DNA of 60,117 bases from Candidatus Binatia bacterium. GTDB taxonomy: Bacteria > Desulfobacterota > Binatia > UBA12015. Under the pieces are notes generated by a model. It saw only the letters and a program-made list of their open reading frames with translations, was not told where the DNA came from and did no database searches. Positions 1 through 9,478 of this stretch are shown here, piece after piece (position 1 is the stretch's first letter; each line of letters begins with the position of its first letter). The stretch lies in contig JAIEPK010000090.1 in the NCBI GenBank assembly GCA_019749875.1, forward strand, positions 1 to 60,117, in the 5' to 3' direction. The position numbers and the translations under genes are program-made.

Positions 1-31
1 GTCGCGCACGGCCGCGCGACACGACGCCGAC

Positions 32-1468
32 ATGGCGCGACGCGGTGTCGCCGCGTCGCGCGGCAGGCCGGCATCGCCACCGACGCGGCGCGGACGCTCG
101 TGGCTGCGCATCGCGGCGAGCGTGACGATCGTCTTCGGCGCGCTCGCCGTCGCGGCCGCGGCCGGCAGCAACGTGCTGCTGCGCAAGCTCCAGCCGATGA
201 TGCTCTCGGGAATGTCCGACGTGCTCGGCCGCAAGGTCGGCGGCGGCGATGCGTCGCTCCTCCTCGCAGGAGGGCCCGGCGTCCGGCTGGCCAACGTCAC
301 CATCGCGGAAGACGCGCGCTTCGGCAGCGGCGAGTTCGCGTCGGTCCGCAGCGCCGCGCTGCAGCTCGATCCCGGTGCGCTGCTGCGCGGCCAGGTGCGC
401 GGCGATGTCCATCTCGACGGCGCCAAGGTCCAGCTGCTGCGCGACGCGGGCGGCACGTGGAACGTCGAGACGCTGTCGGGTCGTCACGCGGCCGCGGCCG
501 CCGTGGCTGGCGGTGTGCCGCTCGACAAGGCCGCCAAGGACGGTGCCGCGGCGAAGGAGCGCGCGGTCCGCCTCGCCTCGGCATCCATCTCGAACGGCAC
601 CCTCGAGATCCGCGATCAGGTCGGCCACGGTCGCGACGTCACCCTGCGCGATCTCGACGCCTCGTACACCGGGACCGACCCGACGAAGCCCGCCCGCATC
701 ACGCTCGCCAGCATGGTCGGCAACGGCAACGTCCAGCGCATCGCGCTCAGCGGCGAGATCGGGCCGTTCGAGGGCGGCGGCACGCCGCGCTGGGCGTTCG
801 ACGAGGTCAAGCTGCAGCAGGTGCGGATCGCCGACATCCCCGGCGCGCCGGCGGACGTGGTCGGGGAGCTGACCTTCGACGGCACGCTCGCGAGCACGGG
901 ATCGGGCTTCGACGACGTGCTCGGGAATGCGTCGGGAGACGGCGCGATCGGCATCTGCTGCGGCGAGCTGCGCGAGCGCAACTTGACGGTCGAGCTGCTC
1001 ACCGCCCTCACCGAGCACGCGGAGGGTGACGCCGCGACCACCGCCGCCGACGTGCTGGCGCGTGCCAAGCAGTCGCCGGCGCTCGCGGCGGCGCTCGCGG
1101 GCGACGCGACGCCCTTCGAGGACATCTCGGGCGACGTGTCGATCGCGCAGGGCAACGTGACGTTCGAGGGGCTGCAGGTCGAGACGTCCCTCTTCCAGGC
1201 GAAGGCGACCGGCTCCGTGTCGCGCGGCGGCGCGCTCGATGCACATGGCACGGTCGCGCTGTCGCCCGCCGCGACCGCGGCGATCGTGGCGCTGGTACCG
1301 CAATCGCAGCGCATGTTCGGAGCGGGCGGGACGCTCGAGGTACCGTTCTCGGTCGCGGGACGCTGGCCCGACGTGGACCTGCGCGTCGACGTGCGTACCG
1401 CGATCGCGCGGCTGATGGCGCCGCTCGATCCGCGGCGGCTGGCGATCGGTCTGCGCGTCACGGGCTGA
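32..1468 (+). CDS. AsmA family protein
   Basis: N-terminal hydrophobic anchor, then 'LLRDAGGTWNVETL' and a C-terminal 'PFEDISGDVSIAQG...VPFSVAGRWPD' segment typical of AsmA/AsmA_2 beta-taco proteins. Confidence 0.75.
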   Translation: MARRGVAASRGRPASPPTRRGRSWLRIAASVTIVFGALAVAAAAGSNVLLRKLQPMMLSGMSDVLGRKVGGGDASLLLAGGPGVRLANVTIAEDARFGSGEFASVRSAALQLDPGALLRGQVRGDVHLDGAKVQLLRDAGGTWNVETLSGRHAAAAAVAGGVPLDKAAKDGAAAKERAVRLASASISNGTLEIRDQVGHGRDVTLRDLDASYTGTDPTKPARITLASMVGNGNVQRIALSGEIGPFEGGGTPRWAFDEVKLQQVRIADIPGAPADVVGELTFDGTLASTGSGFDDVLGNASGDGAIGICCGELRERNLTVELLTALTEHAEGDAATTAADVLARAKQSPALAAALAGDATPFEDISGDVSIAQGNVTFEGLQVETSLFQAKATGSVSRGGALDAHGTVALSPAATAAIVALVPQSQRMFGAGGTLEVPFSVAGRWPDVDLRVDVRTAIARLMAPLDPRRLAIGLRVTG

Positions 1469-1570
1469 TCCCGGCACCGCGTCGCCGCGCTGCCGGGTGA
1501 GGACGAGCGGCGTCTTCACCGACCAACGTGCAGGTCGCGTCGCGGCGCCGGCCTCTGATATGGGGGCGCC

Positions 1571-2806
1571 ATGCAGCGTCCGCTCGACGGCTTCCGCGTC
1601 CTCGACCTGAGCGACGAGACGGGCTTCCTGTGCGGGCGCATGCTGGCCGAGCTCGGCGCCGACGTCGTCAAGGTCGAGCCGCCGTCGGGTGACCCGGCGC
1701 GCTTCCGGCCGCCGTACGTCGGCGGCATCGCCGACCCCGAGCGCGCGGTCACCTGGCTCGCGTACAACGCGAGCAAGCGCGGCGTGACCCTCGATCTCGC
1801 GGCTGCCGAAGGTCGCGCGCTGTTCGACCGGCTATGCGCCACCGCCGACGCGATCGTCGAGACGTACGATCCGGCGACGCTCGCCGTGCTGAAGCTCGAC
1901 TGGGCGATGCTGCACGCGGCACACCCGCAGCTCGTCGTGTGCTCGATCACGCCGTTCGGTCGCACCGGCCCGTACGCGGCATTCCGCGGGAGCGACGTCA
2001 CCGTGACCGCGATGGGCGGCAACATGGCGCTCACCGGCGATCCGGACCGCGCGCCGCTGCGCTGCACGATGCCGAGCTCGTACTACCACGGCGGTGCGGA
2101 GGCGGCGTCGGGACTGCTCGTGGCACTGCTCGCGCGCGGCGTGATCGGCGAGGGGCAACACGTCGACGTCTCGCTGCAAGCCGCGATGGTCTCGACGATC
2201 ATGACCGGCGCGTCGCAGTGGGCGATGGACCGGCGCGACCGCGGCCGTACCGGTGCGTCGTATCCGGTCGGGAAGACGCTGCAGCGCGAGGTCTGGCGGT
2301 GCAAGGACGGCTTCGTGTCGTACGCGCTGCGCGGCGGACCCGCGCGCGTCCCCGGGCTGCAGGCGACGGAGCGCTGGCTCGCGGAGGAGAAGATCGCCGC
2401 ACCCGCATGGCAGGGCCGCGACTGGAAGGCTTACAACCACAACGACCTGACGCAGGACCAAGTCGATGCCCTGTCCGCGCCGCTGCAGGAGCTGTTTCTG
2501 CGCAAGCCGATGCGCGAGCTGTTCGACGAGTCGGTGCGGCGCGGCGTGATGCTGGCGCCGGTGAACGACTCGCGCGAGATCGCGAACGGCGCGCAGCTGC
2601 GCTCGCGCGAATTCTTCGTCGAGGTGGACGACGCGAAGCGCGGGCTCCGATACGAGCTGCCGGCGCGCTTCGCGCAGATGAGCCGCTACGGGACGGACGT
2701 GCGCGGGGCTGCGCCGCTGCTCGGCGAGCACAACGCCGAGGTTTACGGGGCGATCGGCGTCTCGGCGGCAGAGGTCGACGAGCTGCGGCGCGCGGGCGTG
2801 ATCTGA
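1571..2806 (+). CDS. Class III CoA-transferase (CaiB/BaiF), probably a non-catalytic subunit
   Basis: PLDGFRVLDLS, LAELGADVVKVEPPSGDPAR, NASKRGVTLDL, GEGQHVDVSL and APLLGEHN motifs. Confidence 0.9.
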   Translation: MQRPLDGFRVLDLSDETGFLCGRMLAELGADVVKVEPPSGDPARFRPPYVGGIADPERAVTWLAYNASKRGVTLDLAAAEGRALFDRLCATADAIVETYDPATLAVLKLDWAMLHAAHPQLVVCSITPFGRTGPYAAFRGSDVTVTAMGGNMALTGDPDRAPLRCTMPSSYYHGGAEAASGLLVALLARGVIGEGQHVDVSLQAAMVSTIMTGASQWAMDRRDRGRTGASYPVGKTLQREVWRCKDGFVSYALRGGPARVPGLQATERWLAEEKIAAPAWQGRDWKAYNHNDLTQDQVDALSAPLQELFLRKPMRELFDESVRRGVMLAPVNDSREIANGAQLRSREFFVEVDDAKRGLRYELPARFAQMSRYGTDVRGAAPLLGEHNAEVYGAIGVSAAEVDELRRAGVI

Positions 2807-2811
2807 GGGCG

Positions 2812-4065
2812 ATGTTCACGATGCGCGAGACGTCGAGCACTTCGTCCACGGGCAAAGCCAAGGCGCTCGCGGGCCTCAAGGTCGTCGAGCTCGGCGGCGG
2901 TGCCGCGGGTCCGATCGCGATCCGCCACCTCGCGGACCACGGTGCGACCGTGATCCGCATCGAGTCGGCGTCCCGACCCGACTTCCTGCGCGTCCTCGGG
3001 CTCTCGAAGACCAACAGGAGCCTCGACCGCGCGCCGATGTTCATGATGCTGAACTGCAACAAGATGTCGGTCGCGCTGAACCTGTCCGATCCGCGCGGCG
3101 TCGCGCTCGCGCGCCGGCTCATCGTCGAGTGGGCCGACGTGCTTGCCGAGAACTACGCACCCAAGGCGATGAAGAAGTGGGGCCTCGACTACCAGAGCCT
3201 CGTCGAGCTCAAGCCCGACCTGATCATGGTCAGCACCTGCCTCATGGGGCAGACGGGTCCCAACAAGGACTATCCCGGCTTCGGCGGCCAGGGCTCCGCC
3301 ATCTCCGGCTTCAATTACTTGACAGGCTGGCCCGACCGCGAAGCGACCGGACAGCACGGCACCATCACCGACTCGCTCGCCCCGCGCTTCGTCGCGGCTG
3401 CGGTGCTCGCAGCGCTGCTGCGCAAGCAGAAGACCGGCGAGGGCACGTACATCGACGTGGCGCAGGTCGAGACCGCCGCCTACTCGCTGTCCGGCTGGAT
3501 GCTCGAATACTTCGCGAACGGCGAGGTCGTGCGGCGCGACGGGAACCGCTCGCGGGTCGCTGCGCCGCACGGGGCGTTTCGGTGCCGCGGGAACGACCGC
3601 TGGTGCACGATCGCGTGCCACGACGACGACGATTGGCGACGACTGGCGCGCGCGATCGGGTCGCCGGGGTGGGCTCTCGATCCGCGCTTCGCGACGCTGG
3701 AGGGGCGCAAGGCATCGGAAGACGATCTCGAAGCGCTGCTCGCCTCGTGGACCGGCGAGCGCGGCGCCGAAGACGTCGTGTCGACCCTGCAGTCGGCCGG
3801 CGTCGAGGCCGGTGTGGTCGAGACGCCGCGCGACCTGAACGCCGATCCGCAGCTCGCCCATCGCGGGCACTTCGTGCCCGTGCAGCATGCGGTTCTCGGG
3901 CCGCACACCTGCGAGAGGCTCGGCTACGCGCTGTCCGCGACGCCGGGGGAGATCGAGCGCCAGGGACCGCTGCTCGGCGAGCACGGGACGTACGTCTATC
4001 GCGACATCCTGCGATTGTCCGAGCAGGAGGTCGCGGCGCTCCACGGCGAGGGCGTGCTGGGCTGA
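2812..4065 (+). CDS. Class III CoA-transferase (CaiB/BaiF)
   Basis: True gene is the C-terminal part of ORF 1834..4065; ATG 2812 (or 2821) follows the upstream stop. Motifs LAGLKVVEL, LADHGATVIRIES, NCNKMSVALNL, ADVLAENY, TITDS, GPLLGEH. Confidence 0.9.
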   Translation: MFTMRETSSTSSTGKAKALAGLKVVELGGGAAGPIAIRHLADHGATVIRIESASRPDFLRVLGLSKTNRSLDRAPMFMMLNCNKMSVALNLSDPRGVALARRLIVEWADVLAENYAPKAMKKWGLDYQSLVELKPDLIMVSTCLMGQTGPNKDYPGFGGQGSAISGFNYLTGWPDREATGQHGTITDSLAPRFVAAAVLAALLRKQKTGEGTYIDVAQVETAAYSLSGWMLEYFANGEVVRRDGNRSRVAAPHGAFRCRGNDRWCTIACHDDDDWRRLARAIGSPGWALDPRFATLEGRKASEDDLEALLASWTGERGAEDVVSTLQSAGVEAGVVETPRDLNADPQLAHRGHFVPVQHAVLGPHTCERLGYALSATPGEIERQGPLLGEHGTYVYRDILRLSEQEVAALHGEGVLG

Positions 4066-4177
4066 TCTCGACGGGGCACGTAACGGCGGTCTCGGCCCCC
4101 GCCTGGCCCTGCGACGACGAATGTCTTGACCGCCGGAGGATCCTCGCGCTCTCTTGGCGGCCCGAGCAGCCCCAGTC

Positions 4178-7100
4178 ATGCCGCAACGCACCCCGAGCAA
4201 CCTGGTCGGATGGCGAGCCGAGCCGCTCACGGCGTCCTCGTCTGCCGATCCGCGCGCGGAGCGGGCGTTCGTCGGGCGACGCGAGGAGCTCGCTCGATTG
4301 CGCGGCGGCATCGAGGTCGCCGCTCGAGGGCGCGGGTCTTGCGCGCTGATCACCGGCGAGGCGGGGGTCGGCAAGACCCGGCTCGTTTCCGAGTTCGCCG
4401 CCGAAGCGTCGCACGCGGGAATCACCGTCGCATGGGGGCGCTGCTGGGAGGCCGGCGGCGCGCCGTCGTACTGGCCCTGGGTCGAGGTGATCCGCAAGCT
4501 CGTCGCTGCGGGAGAGCTGCACGACCTCGGCTCGCACGGGCTGTTTCTCGCCCAGCTCGTGCCCGACCTGGCGGAGCCGCTCGGGGTTGCAGGACAGCCC
4601 GCTCCGACGCCGTCCGATCCGGACAGCGCGCGCTTCCTCATGTTCGACGCGATCGGTGCCCTGCTGCGCCGCTCCGTGCGTCGGGCACCGCTGCTCGTCG
4701 TCCTCGACGACCTGCACCGTGCCGACCATGCGTCGCTCTTGCTCCTCGCCTTCCTTGCACGACGCTTGACGGACGTCCCGCTGCTGATCGTCGGCACGCT
4801 GCGCAATGACGAGGGCGACGTGTCGCCCGCCGCCGTCGAGCCGCTCGCCGATGCCGCTCGCAATGCGACGCGGATCGAGCTGCAGGGCTTGCACGCCAGC
4901 GACATCGAGCGCCTGCTCGAGGCGACGCCGGCGGTACCATCGCGCGCCGCGCTGGCGGCACGCATGCACGATGCGACCGCCGGAAACCCCTTCTTCGTCG
5001 ACGAGATCCTGCGCTCGCTGGCGGGTCGCGCAGCCGGATGGGAGCGTTCGGGAACCGTCGAGCTGCGGACTCCTTCCGGCGTGCGCGATGCGATCCGTCT
5101 CAAGCTCGCGTCCATGTCGCCGGCGAGCGTCCATGCGCTCGAGGTCGCCGCGGTCATCGGCCGCGAGTTCGACACCAGCCTCGTCGGACGCGCGCAGCGG
5201 CAGAGCGCGAGCGACGTGCTCGCGGCGCTCGTGCACCCCGCCGAGCTCGGCATCGTGGCCGAGGTGCCCGGACGCCCGGGGCGCTTCCAGTTCCGCCATG
5301 CGCTCATCCGCGACGCGCTGTACGAGGCGTTGCCGTCGGCGCGGCGCATCGCCCTCCACCAGCAGGTCGGCGAGGCGTTCGAGAGCGTCGCCGACGCGGC
5401 CCCGGACCGTCACCTCGGCGAGCTCGCGCACCATTTTCTCGTCGCCGCGGCGCATGGTGACGACCGCTTCGTCAAGCACGCGATGCACGCCGCGCGTCGT
5501 GCGCTCGCGCGCATGGCGTTCGAGGAGGCGGTCACGCTCTACCAGCGTACGCTCGACGCGCTGGTGCACGTCGACCCGGACGAGCGGCAGCGCTGCGAGA
5601 TCCTGCTCGCGCTCGCCGAAGCCGAGGAGTGGGCGAACGACGCCGCCGGCTCGCGTGACTCGTTCGAGCAGGCGGCGGACATCGCACGCCGGCTGGATGC
5701 CACCGACCTCTTCGTCCGTGCCGCACTCGGGGTCGGAGCCGTCGCGGCGCGAAAGTTCACGGCGACTTCGCGCTACGAGTCGGCACCGCTTCTGATCCGT
5801 GAGGCGCTTCGTCGCCTCGTCGACCACGCTCCGGGAACCGAGGCTCTGCTGCTGAGCCGTCTCGCGCTCCACGACCTGAGCAGCGGAGCGCGCTCGGAGG
5901 CGCTGCGCACCAGTGCCGAGGCGGTGGCACTTGCCCGCACTTCGGCCGACCTCGCGACCTTGAGCGAGGTCTTGATCGTTCGGAACGGCGTCCTGTTCGG
6001 GCCGGATCACATCGCCGAGCGGCTCGCGATCGCCGACGAGGTCATCGCGCTCGGCAACCAGCTGCTGCGCAACGACCTCGTCATGCGCGGTCACGCACTT
6101 CGGTTCACCGTGCGCTTCGAGAGCTGCGACATTCGTGGAGCGGATCACGACTTGGAGCAGCATCAGATTCTCGCGGAGCGGTCGTCGGACCCCTTCGACT
6201 GCTGGGCGAACCTCGTGTGGCGAGGCGCTCGAGTTCTACTCGAGGGTCGCTTCTCGGAGGCGCAGCAACTCGCCGAGCGTGCGATGAGCCTCGTCGTCAA
6301 TGTGCCCGGCCTGCACGGTGCAGAGGTGAACGGTCCCGCTGCATTCGCTGGACAGATCCTCCTCATTGCGGACACCGCCACCAGGGAGTTGCCGTGTCAA
6401 GCAGTGGCGACGGACTACACCGACAAGTTTCCCGAGGCGTCGGCCTGGCGCGTCGTGGAGCTTCTGCTCCAGCTTCGAGCGAAGGACTTGACGGCGTTGC
6501 CGATCACGATCGATCGCCTCGCCGCGAACGATTTCCAGGACTTCGAGCGCAACGGGCAGTGGCTCTGCTCGATGTCGCTCCTGGCCGAGGCAGTCGCCTT
6601 CATCGGGGATCGCACCCGGGCCTCGATGCTGTACTCGCTGCTCCTTCCCTACGAGGGTCTCCAGGGGACGGCGAGCATCGTCGCGTCGTTCGGCCCCGTC
6701 TCTCGCTACCTCGGCCTCCTCGCGGCGACGCTCGACCAGTGGGAGACCGCCGAGGAGTATTTCGCGTCGGCAATCAGCTCCTCGTGCTCCATGGGTGCGT
6801 CTCCCCACCTCGCGAAGACGTACTTCGATGATGGCCGATTGCTCGCAGCTCGAGGGGATGCCGCCGCGATCGCCCGCGGTATCGATCTCCTCGAGACGGC
6901 GCGGCAACTTCGTCGACCGCGTCATCGACTCCAAGGCGCGGCACGCGTACGAGGCGCGGCTCGACGAGCTCGAGGACGAGCTGTCGCGCGCCGAGGCGTA
7001 CGGCGACCCCGAGCGCGTTCTCGAGCTGCGTGACGAGCGTGCGCAGGTCGAGCGCGAGGTCGCTCGCGGCGTCGGGCTCGGGGGGCGCAACCGTGCGGTG

Positions 7101-7427
7101 TCCGACGTCGAGCGTGCCCGGATCAGCGTCACGCGGGCGATCCGGATCGGTATCGCCCGCCTCGCCGAGGGCGCGCCAGACGCGGCGACGGTGCTCGCGC
7201 GACGGATCCGCACGGGCACCTACTGCTGCTACTCCACCGCGGACGACGCCCCGGCCTCCGCGCGGCCCGATCTCGGCGCAGTTCTCGACCGCGCCGAGCC
7301 ACCGGCGCCGAAAGGAGAAACCGACGTGCGGCGGCAGCCCTGGAGCGTCACACCCGCGGCAGAAGCACCAGAGCCCGCCCCTGCCCGCGCAGCTCGACGA
7401 TCACCAGCAGATCCCCGCTGTCGTTGA
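4178..7427 (+). pseudogene. AAA-ATPase (AAA_16/STAND-like) TPR transcriptional regulator, disrupted near 6900
   Basis: FVGRREEL, Walker A GEAGVGKT, Walker B LVVLDDLH, GNPFFV and FRHALIRDALY in frame 4154..7033. The characteristic C-terminal module (AYEARLDELEDEL...ERARISVTRAIR...IRTGTYCCY) lies in another frame (6795..7427). Confidence 0.75.
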
Positions 7428-8859
7428 TGTCGGCGAGCGTCTCGATGCCGGAGATCGTACCGGCGCTGAACTTGACGCCTGTCCGCAGCACGGTCTCGAG
7501 CCCGGCGCCGCGGTCGACGAGCAGACGAGTCTCCTCGGTGTTCTGCGTCCCGTTGTCGACGAAGCCGACGCGCGCGGTGAACGCGACGTCACCGACGTGG
7601 TTCGCGCGGATCGACTCGATCTCGAGCAGCTTGTAGCTGTTGCCCATGTCGTCCTCGCCGAACGTGCCCATGCCCTCGTAGGCGATCTCGCGGGTCACGC
7701 CGTTCGACCACTGGCGCAGGCTGATCGGGCCGGTCGACTGGTCGCGGTCGTTGAAGTTGATCTGGAACGTCACCTGCCCGCGATCATCGACCGCGATGCC
7801 GCGGACGTCCACCACGAACTTCGAGCCGGCGGGCTCGCCGAGCTGCGCGATGCTCTGGAAGCCGCCGCCGGAGTAGAGCAGCAGGCGCTCCTGGTCGCGC
7901 TCGCCGTTGTCGTCGGTGTCGAAGCCGGCGTCGAAGATGACGTCGCCGTTGGTGGCGATCGAGCGCGCCGTCGCGGACACGAGCTTGCCGTAGCCCGGAA
8001 GCACGGCTTGACGCTCGACGATGCTGTCGAAGAGACCGTTGCGCACGATGCCGATCAGCGGGTTGCGGCCGCTCGCCGGCAGGCCGACCAGCAAGTCGCC
8101 GGCGGTGTTGTACTCGAGGCCGACCGCGGTGGGCCGCTGCCTGGTGAGGGCGTTCGGCAGACCGACCTGCACGAGGTTGTCCGGAGTCCCCGTCAAGAGC
8201 GTCAAATCACACGTGAAGCGATCGGTTCCGGACGACGAGTCGACGTCGCAGGCGTTGCCGTAGGTGAAGGCCACGCGGCCGTCGGGACCGAGGCGGAGCT
8301 CGCCGAGCTTCTCGAAGCCGGTCGGCGTCGTGGGCGCCGCCGCACCGGCGAGACGCAGCGTCTGCCCGCCGTCATAGTAGAAGACGGTCTCTGCCTTGAT
8401 GCGGTTGCCGCCCTCCTTGAAGACTGCCTCGCCCGTGGTCGAGACGAGCAGCTGGGCCACGTCGGTCATCGCGAGCCCGGCTGCGAGCGGCGAGCCTTGA
8501 TCGAGGACCAGGTCGAACTGGCCGCTCGGACGACGGCGGTAGACGCCGTTGATCGCCGGCGTCCCGGCCTGGGACGCGATCGCGACCACCGTGCCGTCGT
8601 TCGCCATGCGCGCGCTCTCGACGGAGTTCACGACGAGTCCACCCGGCATCTCGTCACCGCGACGCATGAGGAGCTGGATGCCTTCCGGCGTCTTCGGCGT
8701 GTCGGTGCCGCTGCCGCCGCCGCCACCACAGGCCGCCAGCGACAGGACCGCGCACGCGACGAGCCCGCGACCGAGGTACGCGCGCAGCGGCTGGCGATCG
8801 AGCGTCGCGCAACGCAGGCGGCGACCGGGAATCGTACGCAGCAGGGAACCGTTCAGCAT
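7348..8859 (-). CDS. Putative lipoprotein with tandem beta-rich repeats (NxxGxxAF-like, beta-propeller-like)
   Basis: Lipobox LSLAAC followed by a Gly linker; repeats NDGTVV, TTGEAVF, PDGRVAF, TAGDLLV, TNGDVIF, DRGQVTF, NHVGDVAF, NDSGDLLV. Start codon uncertain. Confidence 0.65.
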   Translation of the reverse strand: MLNGSLLRTIPGRRLRCATLDRQPLRAYLGRGLVACAVLSLAACGGGGGSGTDTPKTPEGIQLLMRRGDEMPGGLVVNSVESARMANDGTVVAIASQAGTPAINGVYRRRPSGQFDLVLDQGSPLAAGLAMTDVAQLLVSTTGEAVFKEGGNRIKAETVFYYDGGQTLRLAGAAAPTTPTGFEKLGELRLGPDGRVAFTYGNACDVDSSSGTDRFTCDLTLLTGTPDNLVQVGLPNALTRQRPTAVGLEYNTAGDLLVGLPASGRNPLIGIVRNGLFDSIVERQAVLPGYGKLVSATARSIATNGDVIFDAGFDTDDNGERDQERLLLYSGGGFQSIAQLGEPAGSKFVVDVRGIAVDDRGQVTFQINFNDRDQSTGPISLRQWSNGVTREIAYEGMGTFGEDDMGNSYKLLEIESIRANHVGDVAFTARVGFVDNGTQNTEETRLLVDRGAGLETVLRTGVKFSAGTISGIETLADINDSGDLLVIVELRGQGRALVLLPRV

Positions 8860-9169
8860 GGGGGTCTCGCTCCGGTGGTGACGATCATCGGGACGCCGCC
8901 GGCGTCCCGTCGCAAGCCCGCGAGGAGAGGAAGATTTCCTGGGTCGGGTCGGGCTTCCGGCCGGCGGGCGCCGGCGCGGATGGAATCGGGGAAGGTCCGA
9001 TCATACGAACCGGCCGCGGACGGGGGCAAGCCCAAAAGGGTCGCCGAGCCGATCGGCAGAACGACTGCCGGCGGTCGTCATCCCCGGGCCTCACCACCGA
9101 TCGGCTTGGACGCCGCGGTCGGGGCGGTAGGACGCCGCAACCTCGGCGTTCCCGGCGTGCGCCGATGGA

Positions 9170-9472
9170 TTAGCCCAGGCGGGCGAGCAGCTCGGCCGGC
9201 GACTCGGGCACGCGGTGGCCGTCGCGCTCGATGCGCTCGGACGCGACGAAGTCGTAGCGCTGCCAGTAGATCACGCGCGCCTTGGGCCGCGACGGCTCGT
9301 TCTTCGGCCGGTCGTAGATCCAGCGCTCGTTGTACTGGAAGCCCGCCTCGTGCTGCTGGCGCGGCTCGTTGACGCTACCGATGGTCTCGCTCGGCGTGCC
9401 GAAGAGGCGCACGATGTCGTTGCGGGTGAGGCGGCGCTCGTCGGTGACGGCACTGGCGGGTGCGACGGACAT
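9170..9472 (-). CDS. Hypothetical protein, last gene of the nuo cluster
   Basis: 100-aa ORF with host-like codon usage, 6 nt downstream of the nuoF stop; LTRNDIVRLFGTP...ERWIY pattern. Confidence 0.7.
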   Translation of the reverse strand: MSVAPASAVTDERRLTRNDIVRLFGTPSETIGSVNEPRQQHEAGFQYNERWIYDRPKNEPSRPKARVIYWQRYDFVASERIERDGHRVPESPAELLARLG

Positions 9473-9478
9473 GGCGGG

